DNA of 64,000 nt from an uncultured Alphaproteobacteria bacterium. GTDB taxonomy: Bacteria; Pseudomonadota; Alphaproteobacteria; Rhizobiales; Xanthobacteraceae. Where the stretch lies: NCBI GenBank assembly GCA_963845775.1, contig CAWJTE010000002.1, forward strand, positions 81,808-145,807, read 5' to 3'. Positions 19,046 to 27,657 of the stretch are shown in pieces. Position numbers and translations under genes: made by a program. Position 1 is the first letter of the stretch. Every line of letters starts with the position of its first letter. The notes beneath the pieces are model-generated. The model had not been told where the DNA came from. It made no database searches and was given only the letters and a program-made list of their open reading frames with translations.

Positions 19046-19161
19046 GCCCCCGAGGCATTTGCACGGGAACCGGGAAAACGGCACCGCCACAGTCCGCTGC
19101 GCGCGCGCCGGCCTTTCGTTTAAGATAAAGAAAAAATTCCAAACCGCCTGGGAGGAAACAA

Positions 19162-19698
19162 ATGAAACTACCCGTCGTGACGATGGCGTTGCTCGCGGCC
19201 TTGATGCTCGCAGCGGGTCAAACACGGGCACAGCAACCGGCGCAGCCGGCGCAAAATCCACTCGATGTCGTGCCGGAGAAAATGCCGTTCAACGCGCCTT
19301 ATGGCGCGCCGATTTCCATGCAGAGGGCTGAGGACGCAATTCACGCGGCCGTCGCCGAAGCCAACAAACGCGGCTGGCAGTTGAATGTCGCGGTGGTCGA
19401 TTCCGGCGGCAGTCTTGTAGCCTTTGCGCGCATGGACGGCGCGCAACTCGCCTCGATCGCAATTTCCGAGCACAAGGCGCGCGCCGCAGCAAAATTCCGC
19501 AGGCCGACGCGGATTTTCGAAGACGCGGTGCAAAAAGGCATCATTTACATCGCAACGCTTGACGACGTCGTCGCCTCGCGCGGCGGCATTCCTCTCATCG
19601 AAGACGGCAAGCTCGTCGGCGCGATCGGCTGTTCGGGTGGCACCGGCTCGCAGGATGAGGTGGTATGTACTGCCGGTGCGGCGACGATCAACAAATAG
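19162..19698 (+). CDS. GlcG/HbpS-family (DUF336) haem-binding-like protein, secreted
   Basis: Signal peptide MKLPVVTMALLAALMLAAGQTRA, then GGSLVAFARMDGA...GGIPLIEDGKLVGAIGCSGGTGSQDE. Confidence 0.85.
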   Translation: MKLPVVTMALLAALMLAAGQTRAQQPAQPAQNPLDVVPEKMPFNAPYGAPISMQRAEDAIHAAVAEANKRGWQLNVAVVDSGGSLVAFARMDGAQLASIAISEHKARAAAKFRRPTRIFEDAVQKGIIYIATLDDVVASRGGIPLIEDGKLVGAIGCSGGTGSQDEVVCTAGAATINK

Positions 19699-19775
19699 CC
19701 GCAAGGATACAGTCACTATCCCGCCCCAATTCATACTCGGCTTGTCTGGCCGATCGTCTTTTGCGAGGGCAGGAT

Positions 19776-20660
19776 ATGAAACGACGTGATTTCATTGTGT
19801 TTTTTGGCGGCGCGGCGGCTTGGCCGCTGCCGTTATTTTGGCCTTTCGCGGCGCGCGCGCAGAATCCGCCAGGGCCCGGCCAACAGGCCGCCGGTCGGGC
19901 GGATGCGGGCCAGATAGGCCAGGTCGCAGCCGTCGAGGGCAGCGCTACCGTCGCGCGGGGCAACGGTGCGCCGGTATCGTTGCAAGTCGGCGCTCCGATT
20001 TTCAAGAACGAGACGCTGGCGACGGGCACCGCTTCCACGCTCGGCGTCACTTTCGACGACGAGACCACCTTCAGCCTTTCACCCAATACCCGCATCGTCG
20101 TCAGCGAATACATCTATCAGCAAGACGGCAGCGCCAACGCCGCCGTGTTCGGCGTCGTCGTCGGCACGGCCGCTTTTGTCGCGAGCCAGGTGGCCAAGAC
20201 CGGTGACATGAAAATCACCACTCCGGTCGCCACGCTCGGCATCCGCGGCACCACCGGCGTGGTCGATGTGCCGCAAGGCGGCGGTGCCGGCGAAGAGCCG
20301 CGAATCAAACTCTATCCCGACAGAGACGGTCACGTCGGGCGGATCGAGGTGTTCAATGCCCAGGGTGGCCGGCTCGGCATGCTGACGCAGGGCGCGAGCG
20401 CGTTTGCGCTGCGCGCCGGTCCCGGCGGCCGCTTCCAGGCGGTGCCATTCCAGATACCCGTGTCCGAGGTTGTGCGCGACCGTGGCGTGCTGCAACGGCT
20501 GTTCGTCTCCCATACGATCGGCCGGCAGATGGCCACTCAGCGCTTGCGGCTGCGCGGTCTCAATCGTGGGCGGGGCGGGCCGGGTCGCCAGCCGTTTAAT
20601 CGCAATCCGCGGGGCGGGACGCCACGCCGGACAAATCCAAACGGGCGGCAGCGCCACTAG
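19776..20660 (+). CDS. FecR-domain protein with a Tat-like signal and an Arg/Gly-rich C-terminal tail
   Basis: MKRRDFIVFFGGAAAWPL...ARAQ, then the FecR-type pattern (GSATVARGNGAPVSLQVGAPIFKNETLATGTASTLGVTFDDETTFSLSPNTRIVV). The tail reads RLRLRGLNRGRGGPGRQPFNRNPRGGTPRR. Confidence 0.75.
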   Translation: MKRRDFIVFFGGAAAWPLPLFWPFAARAQNPPGPGQQAAGRADAGQIGQVAAVEGSATVARGNGAPVSLQVGAPIFKNETLATGTASTLGVTFDDETTFSLSPNTRIVVSEYIYQQDGSANAAVFGVVVGTAAFVASQVAKTGDMKITTPVATLGIRGTTGVVDVPQGGGAGEEPRIKLYPDRDGHVGRIEVFNAQGGRLGMLTQGASAFALRAGPGGRFQAVPFQIPVSEVVRDRGVLQRLFVSHTIGRQMATQRLRLRGLNRGRGGPGRQPFNRNPRGGTPRRTNPNGRQRH

Positions 20661-20666
20661 TGAGCG

Positions 20667-20813
20667 GAATTGACATTCGCTATCCACCCAGCCGAAAACG
20701 CGTGAAGCGAATGTCAAATCCAAAGCTCCACTAGAACTTATATTTGCTAGTGGTCCTTTTGATTCTAACATTCGCATGAGAGGGTGCCGAACACGGATGC
20801 GAATGTTAGAATC
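20667..20813 (+). promoter_or_regulatory. Three consecutive hairpins in an AT-richer spacer; two share the core ACATTCGC
   Basis: Hairpin A: GAATTGACATTCGCT (20667-20681) with AGCGAATGTCAAATC (20706-20720), one mismatch. Hairpin B: CCACTAG...CTAGTGG (20729-20753) followed by TCCTTTT. Hairpin C: a perfect 17-nt inverted repeat, GATTCTAACATTCGCAT (20761-20777) with ATGCGAATGTTAGAATC (20797-20813). Confidence 0.6.
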
Positions 20814-20822
20814 GGACCATTA

Positions 20823-22034
20823 GTGCGCCGGGGTCGGACTGTGCCGCTTGTCGGCGCTTGTCGTTTGCTCGGCTTGATGCTGACTGCCGCCGCCGTCTGG
20901 TCGCCGCTGCCGCGCGTCGCCCAGGCGGCCGAGGAGCGCAACCAGCCGGCCGCGGTCGCGGCGCCGGATATTGCTGCGGCGATGGTCCAGTATCGCCGCG
21001 CGCTTGCCGAGTATCAAAGCGCGCACGCAAGTTATGCTGCTGTCGCCGATTCCTATTGGCGCTCGATCGGCGAAACGCGGCGGCTTCGGCGCGCCAAGCG
21101 CGCCAACCACGAGACAATCACACTGGACGATTACGTGCTCGCGCAGCCGCCGGTTTATGCCGGGCCGCCGAAGCCGCGCGATCCCTCGAAGCCGCCGGAA
21201 GCGGCGCCGCTTCCGCCCTACGTGCCGGTGGTGGCCGATTTTCTCGCCGCCGCGGAGCGCGAATTCAAGTTCGTGCCCCGGCTGCCGCAGAGCGAAAACG
21301 AGTTTAAGCAGGTTTACGCGCGCGTAGCGGTCGCGGCCGGGCTTACGCGCGAGCTGATCGTGCGTATCTACGCGTTTGAGGCCGGCGGCAATGGCGAATA
21401 CGACGTGCAGGCGGGTCTTGAATACAACAAGCAGGCGCGCGCGATTACCACGGCGCTCGGCTACAATCAGCTGCTTTCGACCAATACCGTCGAGATCGTG
21501 GCCGAGAGCGGCAATGCTTTCGTCAAGGCTTTGCTCGTCCGCGCCGCGCAATTGCCGGAAAACCGCCGGAGCGCGTTTGAGGCCAAGATCGCCATCCTGC
21601 GCAAAATGATCGGCTTCGCCCGCAGCGTTCCAGACGACTGGAATGAGCACCAGTTGCTCGCCACCACGCCCAAGGGGCTGGGCGTCCATGCCCTGAATTT
21701 GGACCTGGATATCGGGCCACTGTTGCAGACCCAGAAGCTGATGGATTCGATCGTGTTTGCGCGTCGCAAGGGATTGGGCGTGACGCTCACCGCCGCCGAA
21801 CTGGAAATGATGAATCTTACCGGCGACGGCAGTGGCTACGACATGATCACCATGCCGGCCGCCTGGCGCGACAAGGTGCCTACGGCGAACTTCTTTCAGC
21901 AGAGCGGCTATCGCGACAATCCGGTCGCGCAACGCAACAACGTCGTCGCCAAGCTGATCGCGGCGACCGACGCGGTCATGGATCGGGAGATCAAAAAGCC
22001 AGGCGCCAGGGAATTGGCGACGGCGCTCAGATGA
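20823..22034 (+). CDS. Secreted hypothetical protein, no domain recognised
   Basis: I prefer the GTG at 20823, which gives the signal peptide (M)RRGRTVPLVGACRLLGLMLTAAAVWSPLPRVAQA. The ORF-track start at 20784 lies inside hairpin C. IYAFEAGGNGEYD...ALGYNQLL is only weakly lysozyme-like. Confidence 0.65.
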   Translation: MRRGRTVPLVGACRLLGLMLTAAAVWSPLPRVAQAAEERNQPAAVAAPDIAAAMVQYRRALAEYQSAHASYAAVADSYWRSIGETRRLRRAKRANHETITLDDYVLAQPPVYAGPPKPRDPSKPPEAAPLPPYVPVVADFLAAAEREFKFVPRLPQSENEFKQVYARVAVAAGLTRELIVRIYAFEAGGNGEYDVQAGLEYNKQARAITTALGYNQLLSTNTVEIVAESGNAFVKALLVRAAQLPENRRSAFEAKIAILRKMIGFARSVPDDWNEHQLLATTPKGLGVHALNLDLDIGPLLQTQKLMDSIVFARRKGLGVTLTAAELEMMNLTGDGSGYDMITMPAAWRDKVPTANFFQQSGYRDNPVAQRNNVVAKLIAATDAVMDREIKKPGARELATALR

Positions 22035-22050
22035 GCGCCTGCGCGCAAAC

Positions 22051-22578
22051 TTAGATGGTGAGTTGGGAAGATAGCGCCGTGTCCGTGGTGGCAGCCGGCG
22101 CCGACTTGTCGCCGCTCGCCTGTGCGCAGCTCGGCAATTCGATCGACTTGTCGAGCCGCCGCGACAGGCCCTCGAACAGAACGTTTTCTTCGACCGTCAG
22201 CGATTTGCTGTAGATTTCGCCGTCGAACGCAGCGTTGCCCTTAAGTCGGACGTTATGGCCGCGAACGATGCCCTTGAACGCGCCCTGAATGGCGATCTCG
22301 TGCGCGGTGATATTGCCCTCGACCCGCGCGCCCTCGCCAATGATGATTTCAATCGCCTGAACGTCGCCGATCACGCGGCCGAAGATCTGGGCGGTGCCCT
22401 CGCAGACGATGTTGCCGGTAATGAGCATTCCGGGACCGAGCGTTGACACGGTCGTGGCCACGCTCTTGCTTACCGGAGCCGCAGCCTCCGGTCGGGGCGT
22501 GCCCGCGCCGTTGTGGGCGGTCTTCGATTGCGCAGTTTTCTCTTGTGAAAAGTACCCCACCTTACTCTCCGCTTTCAT
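22051..22578 (-). CDS. Bactofilin-family cytoskeletal protein
   Basis: Beta-helical repeat core ITGNIVCEGTAQIFGRVIGDVQAIEIIIGEGARVEGNITAHEIAIQGAFKGIVRGHNVRLKGNAAFDGEIYSKSLTVEENVLFEG. Confidence 0.85.
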   Translation of the reverse strand: MKAESKVGYFSQEKTAQSKTAHNGAGTPRPEAAAPVSKSVATTVSTLGPGMLITGNIVCEGTAQIFGRVIGDVQAIEIIIGEGARVEGNITAHEIAIQGAFKGIVRGHNVRLKGNAAFDGEIYSKSLTVEENVLFEGLSRRLDKSIELPSCAQASGDKSAPAATTDTALSSQLTI

Positions 22579-22765
22579 GTACCGTCTTACCTGCCTCGAG
22601 CCGGATCGCCGTTCGCTTATTGGTAGTCTGAACGGAGGGGAAGTGAAAAGGAAAAGTGCATGACATCGATAACGGGCGGGTCCCTCCGGCGATTAGCTAA
22701 CGGCTTACTTTTCGGCCGGTGTAGCGTATCTCGGGCCTAAATCGGCTAGCGCGCAAAGGTGACAT

Positions 22766-22969
22766 ATGAAAGACGAAGCGATCGCGGCGGCGGTCGAGCG
22801 GTTCGTCAAAAAAATCAGCTTTTCCGCCCAGCAGGAGCTGGAGCGGACGCTGCGTTCGGCGCTTGCCGACGGCAGACTGCAAGGCCATGAAAGGCTGACC
22901 GCGGCCGTCACCGTCACCAGCGAAAAAGTGGGGCTGATGGCGACGATCTACAGTACGATCGATCTGTAA
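22766..22969 (+). CDS. Small hypothetical protein (67 aa)
   Basis: ATG preceded by AAAGGTGA. The composition is balanced, unlike the GC-shadow ORFs. Confidence 0.5.
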   Translation: MKDEAIAAAVERFVKKISFSAQQELERTLRSALADGRLQGHERLTAAVTVTSEKVGLMATIYSTIDL

Positions 22970-23045
22970 TACGGCCGCGCGCCTTTGGCGTACTTCGCTT
23001 GACACGCCGACGAGCCGTTCCTTAAATCAACCGCCGGTTACGGTC

Positions 23046-23120
23046 GGGCGCTTAGCTCAGCGGGAGAGCGTTCCCTTCACACGGGAGAGGTCGTAGGTTC
23101 AATCCCTACAGCGCCCACCA
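23046..23120 (+). tRNA. tRNA-Val (anticodon CAC)
   Basis: Hand-folded 75 nt: acceptor GGGCGCT/AGCGCCC, D-arm GCTC-AGCGGGA-GAGC, anticodon loop TTCACAC, T-arm GTAGG-TTCAATC-CCTAC, and an encoded CCA. Confidence 0.93.
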
Positions 23121-23188
23121 GCTTTCGCTCGCGTGATGGGTGAAAGCCGCCGCGAGCTTCGGCCCCCGGCAAGCCAACGTAATTCGAT

Positions 23189-24478
23189 TCAGTTGGAAAC
23201 CCGCGAGGCAGTCGTTTGCAGCGCGCGAATGCGGTCGGCAAGCGTGCCCTTGCCTTGCTGCGCGGATTCGGTCCCGCTCACGTCGGCTTCGCCACCGTTC
23301 AACGGCGCGGGTCGCTCGGCTGCGCCGAAGGCGGGAACCGCGTCGGCAAGGATCGACTCAATCGGCGAGCCCGGACCTTCCAGCACCGCGGTCAACCGGG
23401 CGACCTCGGCGGCCACGTCGTTGATGCGTTCGCGCAACATGGCGTTTTCGACGCGCTCGGTCGCCCAGGAAGTTTCCGTCTCGCGCTTCATGTTGGCGAT
23501 TTCGCGTTGCAGCTTGTCGCGCTCGTCGACCGCGGCGCCAAGCTGCGCTTCCAGCTGGCCGACGTCGGAGCGGAGCTTGTCGGCGGCGCCGCTCGAGCGC
23601 CTGCTGGCGTGTTCGAGCTCTCCGCGTAATTCGTTCTCGACCTTGGCCGCAGCTTCAACGTCGCTGCGCAGCCGCCCGACCTCGAATTCGCGCTCGGCCA
23701 ACTGGCGGCCCTGATCGCCAAGCCTTCCTTCCAGCTCCTGTACGCGGCGGCCAAAGACTTCCGCTTCGGTAGTGTGGACCAGCAATTCGCGTTCGAGGCC
23801 GGCGGTGCGGGTGGCGAATTCATCGAGCTTGCCGCGTACCTCATTCGAGATCGCCGTCGCCGCCTCGGCTTCGCTCCGCTCGCGCGCCAGCCGCTCCTCG
23901 GTCACCCTGACCGCCCGCTCGTAATCTGTGACGCTGACCTTCATCGCTTCGACCTGTGTGCGCAAAGCGGCGAGTTCGACGCGCTGACTGTCGGCCATGA
24001 TCGAACGTTCGCCAAGTTCGGCCACGAGCTTGGCGAGATCGGCCTGCTTGTCGGACAGCGTGCGCTCGGCTTCGCGCAACGCGCTGGACTTGTGCTCAAA
24101 TTCCTGTTCGGTCGCGCGCAACTGGTCGCGCAATGCCTTGTCGCGCGATTCAAGAGCAAAGATCGTCGCGGTCTTCTCGCCCAGCTCCTTTTTGAGGTGA
24201 TTGATCGCGTCGGCTTTCTTGCCGAGTTCGGCGAGCTGATTGGTCGTCTTGGCTTTCATCTGCTCGACGCTCAGTTCGAGCCGGCGCGTCGACATGGCAA
24301 ATTCGGCGCGCAGCTGATCCTTGTCGGCGCGGATTTCGGCGACGGAAAGGGGCGTGGCGGCTTCGAGCCGGCGCATGGTCAACCGCACGGCGCGGTTATG
24401 CACCAGCGGGACGAACAACAATCCAAGCAGCGCCGCGACGAAGAAGCCGATCCCGAAATACATGACCGGTTCAATCAT
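23189..24478 (-). CDS. Membrane-anchored long coiled-coil protein (hypothetical)
   Basis: N-terminal TM segment MIEPVMYFGIGFFVAALLGLLFVPLV, then about 350 aa rich in E/R/L/A heptad-like sequence. Confidence 0.75.
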   Translation of the reverse strand: MIEPVMYFGIGFFVAALLGLLFVPLVHNRAVRLTMRRLEAATPLSVAEIRADKDQLRAEFAMSTRRLELSVEQMKAKTTNQLAELGKKADAINHLKKELGEKTATIFALESRDKALRDQLRATEQEFEHKSSALREAERTLSDKQADLAKLVAELGERSIMADSQRVELAALRTQVEAMKVSVTDYERAVRVTEERLARERSEAEAATAISNEVRGKLDEFATRTAGLERELLVHTTEAEVFGRRVQELEGRLGDQGRQLAEREFEVGRLRSDVEAAAKVENELRGELEHASRRSSGAADKLRSDVGQLEAQLGAAVDERDKLQREIANMKRETETSWATERVENAMLRERINDVAAEVARLTAVLEGPGSPIESILADAVPAFGAAERPAPLNGGEADVSGTESAQQGKGTLADRIRALQTTASRVSN

Positions 24479-24650
24479 GACACCATTCTTCTTACATCGC
24501 TGTCCGGCATGATCTTGCCATGCGCGGACGGCCCCACACCATATTCACCATGCGTTAACCTAAACCGGGAACGGCCTGGGCGCCAGAAGAGAGCGCTGGC
24601 CTTTGCGACGCGCCGATGACCAGAGCTGCCGATTTAGCGGGAGAGGGCGA

Positions 24651-25298
24651 TCAGAAGGGATTCCACGTCGCCCGCTGGGTAAATTTCAAATAGCCCAGAT
24701 TGGCCCCAAGCCGCAGTCCCACGCCCGAGCGGATCGGTACAAGCACAATGTCATTGGCGGTGAGCGCCGTCATCCCGAAGCCGCCGACAAAATAGGCAGA
24801 ACCGTCAATGCCGCCGAACCGTTCGAAAATCGCCTCGGTGCGCGGCAGGTTATAGACCAGCATCATGGTCCGGGCGCCATCGGCGCCGGCGTCGAAGCCA
24901 AGCGACGGCCCCTGCCAATAAACCCGCACGTCGCCGGCATTCTTTGTGTAAAGGGTGCCGTCGCCGTAGCGCAGGCCGCCGATAAAGGCGCCACCGGCTT
25001 CCTCGCCCAAAACGTAGCCGTTCGGCAGGCCCCATTGGCTGACCGCCTTCTCGACGATCATGGCCAGTCCGCGGGAAACCCCGCCGAAGAAATGGTGGCC
25101 AGCCTCAATCAGTTCGTTGGGCGAAAACTGGTTATTTGCCGGCGGCTGCGGTGGCGGACCGACTGCCGCGGGCGGCGCCGGCGCGGGTTGCGCAACGGCC
25201 GGGAAGGCTCCGAAGCCGGCAAGAGCGAGACCGGCAATGGCGAACCGCAAGGCAAGATTTATTGAGCTTCCCCCGGTTAACCCCTTGCTCACATGCAC
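24651..25298 (-). CDS. DUF1134 (EipA-like) periplasmic protein
   Basis: ...GHHFFGGVSRGLAMIVEKAVSQWGLPNGYVLGEEAGGAFIGGLRYGDGTLY...GLRLGANLGYLKFT matches the DUF1134 pattern. The start is uncertain: the ORF-track GTG at 25298, or a TTG at 25250 that would give MRFAIAGLALAGFGAFPAVAQ. Confidence 0.78.
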   Translation of the reverse strand: MHVSKGLTGGSSINLALRFAIAGLALAGFGAFPAVAQPAPAPPAAVGPPPQPPANNQFSPNELIEAGHHFFGGVSRGLAMIVEKAVSQWGLPNGYVLGEEAGGAFIGGLRYGDGTLYTKNAGDVRVYWQGPSLGFDAGADGARTMMLVYNLPRTEAIFERFGGIDGSAYFVGGFGMTALTANDIVLVPIRSGVGLRLGANLGYLKFTQRATWNPF

Positions 25299-25364
25299 CG
25301 GCTAAGTCTGGGCGCAACTTCATGGCGCATGCTGACCCAAATCAGCCGATCCTTCGCCGAGACT

Positions 25365-25851
25365 ATGACCGCAGCACGGCAACAACGGAAGCGTTACGGC
25401 CCCAAGCTTTCCGCCGTTACCGGCTTGGTTCTCGCTGTCGCTGCGCTTTCGCCCGCCTGGCGCGCGGCGGCGACGGAAAGAATCGTGGTCGCTTGGCATA
25501 CCGAACTCGCCATCGACGGCTACGACCCGGTGGCTTTCTATATCGACGGCAAACCAGTGCCGGGCAGTTCCAATTTCGAGTTGTCCTATGGCGGCGCGGT
25601 CTGGCGTTTCTCCAACGTCAGCAATCGCGCGGCGTTCGCGGCACGGCCGGATATCTACGTGCCGCAATTCGGCGGCTATGACCCGGTCGGCGTCGCCCGC
25701 GGTGCCGCCGTCGCAGGCAATCCCGGTCTATGGCTCATTTCGAGCCAGCGGCTGTTCCTGTTTTACGACCGCGGCCACTTGGAGAACTTTGCGGCAAATG
25801 CCGCGCGTAGACCGCAAATGGCCCGAGGTTCTGCGCACACTCAGTCCCTAA
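25365..25851 (+). pseudogene. YHS-domain protein, frameshifted as assembled
   Basis: Signal peptide, then LAIDGYDPVAFYIDGKPVPGSSNFELSYGGAVWRFSNVSNRAAFAARPDIYVPQFGGYDP. After ...ENFAANAA, one extra nucleotide at about 25806 separates the body from the natural-looking end VDRKWPEVLRTLSP-stop (25851). The uncorrected frame runs 390 nt antisense into the next gene. Confidence 0.7.
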
Positions 25852-26678
25852 CGAGCCCCGTCGGTGCTCTTGATTGCGCCGTTGATCGATACCGGGCCAC
25901 CCCACGCCAGGAACTCCGGAATTTTTCGTTGCGGCGTGCCGTAGCAAAGCGGCGCCCCGCCGGGCTGGATCACGCTTCCGCCCGCCGCGGAAAGTACAGC
26001 GTGGCCCGCCGCAATATCCCAGTCGTGCGTCGGACTAAGCCGCGGATAATGGTCGGCGGCGCCCTCAGCGAGCCGGCAGAATTTCAGCGAAGAGCCGCAA
26101 GTGATGCGCTGGGTATGTGGCAGGCTGTCGAGGTAGGTCTGGGTCACATCGTCGAGATGCGAGCGGCTGACCATGACGATCAACACGCCTTGCGGACGCG
26201 GCCGCGCATGAATGAGCTGTGGCGGCGAGAGTTGGTCGGCTGAAAATGTCAGCCGCTCGGCGCCGCGCCCGACAATACCGCGCCAGATCGTGCCGGTCGC
26301 GGGCGCGGTGATGACGCCGAGGATCGGCGTTCCACCGCAGACGACGGCGATGTTGACGGTATAATCTTCATGTCCGGCGATGAATTCGCGCGTCCCGTCG
26401 AGCGGGTCGACTAGAAAATAGTCGGCTGCCTTGATCACGGTCTGTTCGCGCGCCGCATGCTCCTCCGAGACAATCGGCAGGTCCGGCGCAAGCTGCGCCA
26501 GACCGTCGCGGATCACGGCTTCCGCCGCTTCGTCCGCGGCTGTGACCGGCGAGCCGTCGGCCTTGATGCGCATGCCGTCTTGGCTTCGTACCCCGCGGAT
26601 GGCCGCTGCCGCAGACACGCTGATGGCGGTCAGTGGCTCGATCAGCCCGGCACAGGCGGCAAGGTCGAAAACAGACAC
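25848..26678 (-). CDS. cysQ: Inositol monophosphatase family / 3'(2'),5'-bisphosphate nucleotidase (CysQ-like)
   Basis: Motifs IVSEE, FLVDPLDGTREF and WDIAAGHAVL. Confidence 0.82.
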   Translation of the reverse strand: MSVFDLAACAGLIEPLTAISVSAAAAIRGVRSQDGMRIKADGSPVTAADEAAEAVIRDGLAQLAPDLPIVSEEHAAREQTVIKAADYFLVDPLDGTREFIAGHEDYTVNIAVVCGGTPILGVITAPATGTIWRGIVGRGAERLTFSADQLSPPQLIHARPRPQGVLIVMVSRSHLDDVTQTYLDSLPHTQRITCGSSLKFCRLAEGAADHYPRLSPTHDWDIAAGHAVLSAAGGSVIQPGGAPLCYGTPQRKIPEFLAWGGPVSINGAIKSTDGAR

Positions 26679-26806
26679 TCAAGCTCCCGGTTTTGATTTA
26701 TCCGTGGCGGCGCAAGGCCTGTAGCACAGGGCCGCGAAGACGGCATGATTGCCGAATTGCGCGCGCTGTGACAGGCACAGACCATCGCATTTGCGCGGAG
26801 TCCATC

Positions 26807-27457
26807 ATGTCCGCCCCCGTCTCCGGCCCTATTGCCATCGGCGCTCTCGACCTTGCAGCACTGTTGTGCTCGCGGGTCTGCCACGACCTGATCAGTCCGG
26901 TCGGCGCTATCGTCAACGGCATCGAGGTGATGGAGGAGGACAAAAACGAGGAGACCAAGGTTTTCGCACTCGATTTGATCAAGAAGAGCGCGCGTCAGGC
27001 GTCCGCCAAGCTGCAATTTTGCCGGTTGGCTTTTGGCGCGGCCGGTTCGGCGGGCGCGCAGATCGATCTCGGTGATGCGGAAAAGGCGGCACGCGGGTTG
27101 TTTGAAGATGGCAAGACGAGCCTCGTGTGGAGCCTGCCGCGGCAATTGCTCATAAAAAACCGGGTCAAGCTCGTACTCAACATGCTGCTGATCGCCGCCG
27201 GAACGATCTCGCGCGGCGGTACCTTAAAAGTCGATCCGGTCGGCGGTGGTGAAGCCATCGCTGGCTTCATTGTCACCGCAACTGGTCTCAACGCCAGGTT
27301 GAGTCCGGCCACAACCGAGCTTCTGGCCGGCAGCCCGTCGCACGCCGTCGACGCGCACGCCATCCAGCCTCTCTATGCCGGTATTCTGGCGCGGGACTGC
27401 GGACTTGCCCTATCGGCAGGGGGCGAAGTCGGAGTGGTGGTTCTAACAGCCCGCTGA
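26807..27457 (+). CDS. chpT: Histidine phosphotransferase ChpT (CckA-ChpT-CtrA phosphorelay)
   Basis: LLCSRVCHDLISPVGAIVNGIEVMEED...SARQASAKLQFCRLAFGAAGS aligns by eye with Caulobacter ChpT (LAARLCHDFISPASAIVSGLDLLED...LQFTRVAFGAS). Confidence 0.9.
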   Translation: MSAPVSGPIAIGALDLAALLCSRVCHDLISPVGAIVNGIEVMEEDKNEETKVFALDLIKKSARQASAKLQFCRLAFGAAGSAGAQIDLGDAEKAARGLFEDGKTSLVWSLPRQLLIKNRVKLVLNMLLIAAGTISRGGTLKVDPVGGGEAIAGFIVTATGLNARLSPATTELLAGSPSHAVDAHAIQPLYAGILARDCGLALSAGGEVGVVVLTAR

Positions 27458-27657
27458 AGCGCGTCTTTTTGGCGCTAAAGCTGCCTTTTCCGAGCCGCAG
27501 GCCGGTTCCCGCAACCGAAATTAAACGCTTTGGCAACACACTACCTCAGGATGGCCGGGCGCTCTGTGCCTGGCGGTGACAGCACGCGCCCTGCGTGCGG
27601 GGCGGCGGCAGGGCGTGACATGCCGGTCGTGAGTTAGTGTGCGGTGAGGCGCGAAAT

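Noticed and set aside
25270-25290. GGTTAACC (a CtrA half-site-like TTAACC) near the DUF1134/EipA-like gene start
   Set aside because: It is a single half-site that may lie inside the coding region, depending on the true start. It cannot be distinguished from chance.
23046-25300. Possible mobile element or island at tRNA-Val
   Set aside because: There are no integrase, phage or IS genes and no tRNA-derived repeat. The neighbours are conserved alphaproteobacterial envelope or cytoskeletal genes.
25852-26243. C-terminal 130 aa of the 316-aa ORF 25293..26243
   Set aside because: It runs antisense through the cysQ-like gene. It arises from a frame slip near 25806, and the adjacent frame gives a natural YHS-protein end at 25851.
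27458-27657. CtrA box, sigma-54 promoter or flagellar-type promoter upstream of cheA
   Set aside because: Only TTAAACGCTTTGGCA is present. There is no TTAA-N7-TTAA box and no TGGCAC-N5-TTGC match, so the support is too weak to call.
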